Shown here: piece by piece, positions 63,973-64,000 of the stretch
Layout of the letters: each line of letters begins with the position of its first letter
How positions within the stretch are numbered: position 1 is the stretch's first letter
Origin: a virus
Reading direction: 5' to 3' (one strand)
IMG/VR virus record: IMGVR_UViG_3300045988_160259
Location: 1-64,000 of that record
DNA: 64,000 nucleotides
Program-made: the position numbers and the translations under genes
Notes under the pieces: generated by a model
What the model saw: only the letters and a program-made list of their open reading frames with translations
What the model was told of the DNA's origin: nothing
Databases searched by the model: none

Positions 63973-64000
63973 ATGGAAAAACGACATAATCCAGCTGGCT
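63973..64000 (+). CDS. start of an ORF truncated by the window end
   Basis: ATG at 63973 follows AGAGAGGAAAA. Confidence 0.4.

Noticed and set aside
1-64000. CRISPR arrays, rRNA genes, IS elements with terminal inverted repeats, reverse transcriptases (retron/DGR)
   Set aside because: No regularly spaced repeats, rRNA-like sequence, transposase motifs or RT motifs were seen.
1-64000. Stop-codon reassignment (suggested by the TGA between 36655..36918 and the toxin-like frame, and by the split terL/TMP ORFs)
   Set aside because: Dozens of long ORFs terminate normally with all three stop codons. The split genes are better explained by introns.

Overview
Visibly AT-rich segment of a large tailed phage or prophage of a low-GC Firmicute, transcribed almost entirely on the minus strand. 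Reading right to left there are three blocks. (1) An early/DNA-metabolism block (57.3->39.4 kb): Bro-N protein, UvrD-type helicase, dCMP deaminase, LAGLIDADG endonuclease, a YonO/RdRP-like single-subunit RNA polymerase with a DVDGD motif, PIN-PhoH ATPase, ClpP-like protease, metallophosphoesterase and HU. (2) An accessory island (39.4->35.2 kb): tyrosine integrase, Rha-like protein, DUF262 protein and tRNAs. (3) A packaging-head-tail-lysis block (34.4->0.3 kb): HNH/NUMOD3 endonuclease, split terL, portal, scaffold, capsid, tail tube, cysteine desulfurase, holin, RecU and a giant tape measure. From ~57.4 kb the sequence becomes visibly more GC-rich and plus-stranded (ParB-like protein, HigB/HigA-like TA, secreted and membrane proteins). 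The most interesting content is RNA-level. First, a textbook type III hammerhead ribozyme (59690-59741) sits at the 3' end of a 1.24 kb ORF-free, hairpin-dense region. Second, a family of related group I introns interrupts terL and the tape measure gene; these share a splice-site signature (GGT|AAA ... TTG|). One of them appears to have its 3' splice site 3.2 kb away, so it would enclose a promoter-equipped two-gene module and a TacT-like GNAT toxin pair inside the tape measure gene. Third, an ~870 nt ORF-free structured region lies between two tRNA(-like) genes. Fourth, a 10-mer intergenic motif recurs. All calls are made by eye from the sequence. No database search or covariance model was run.
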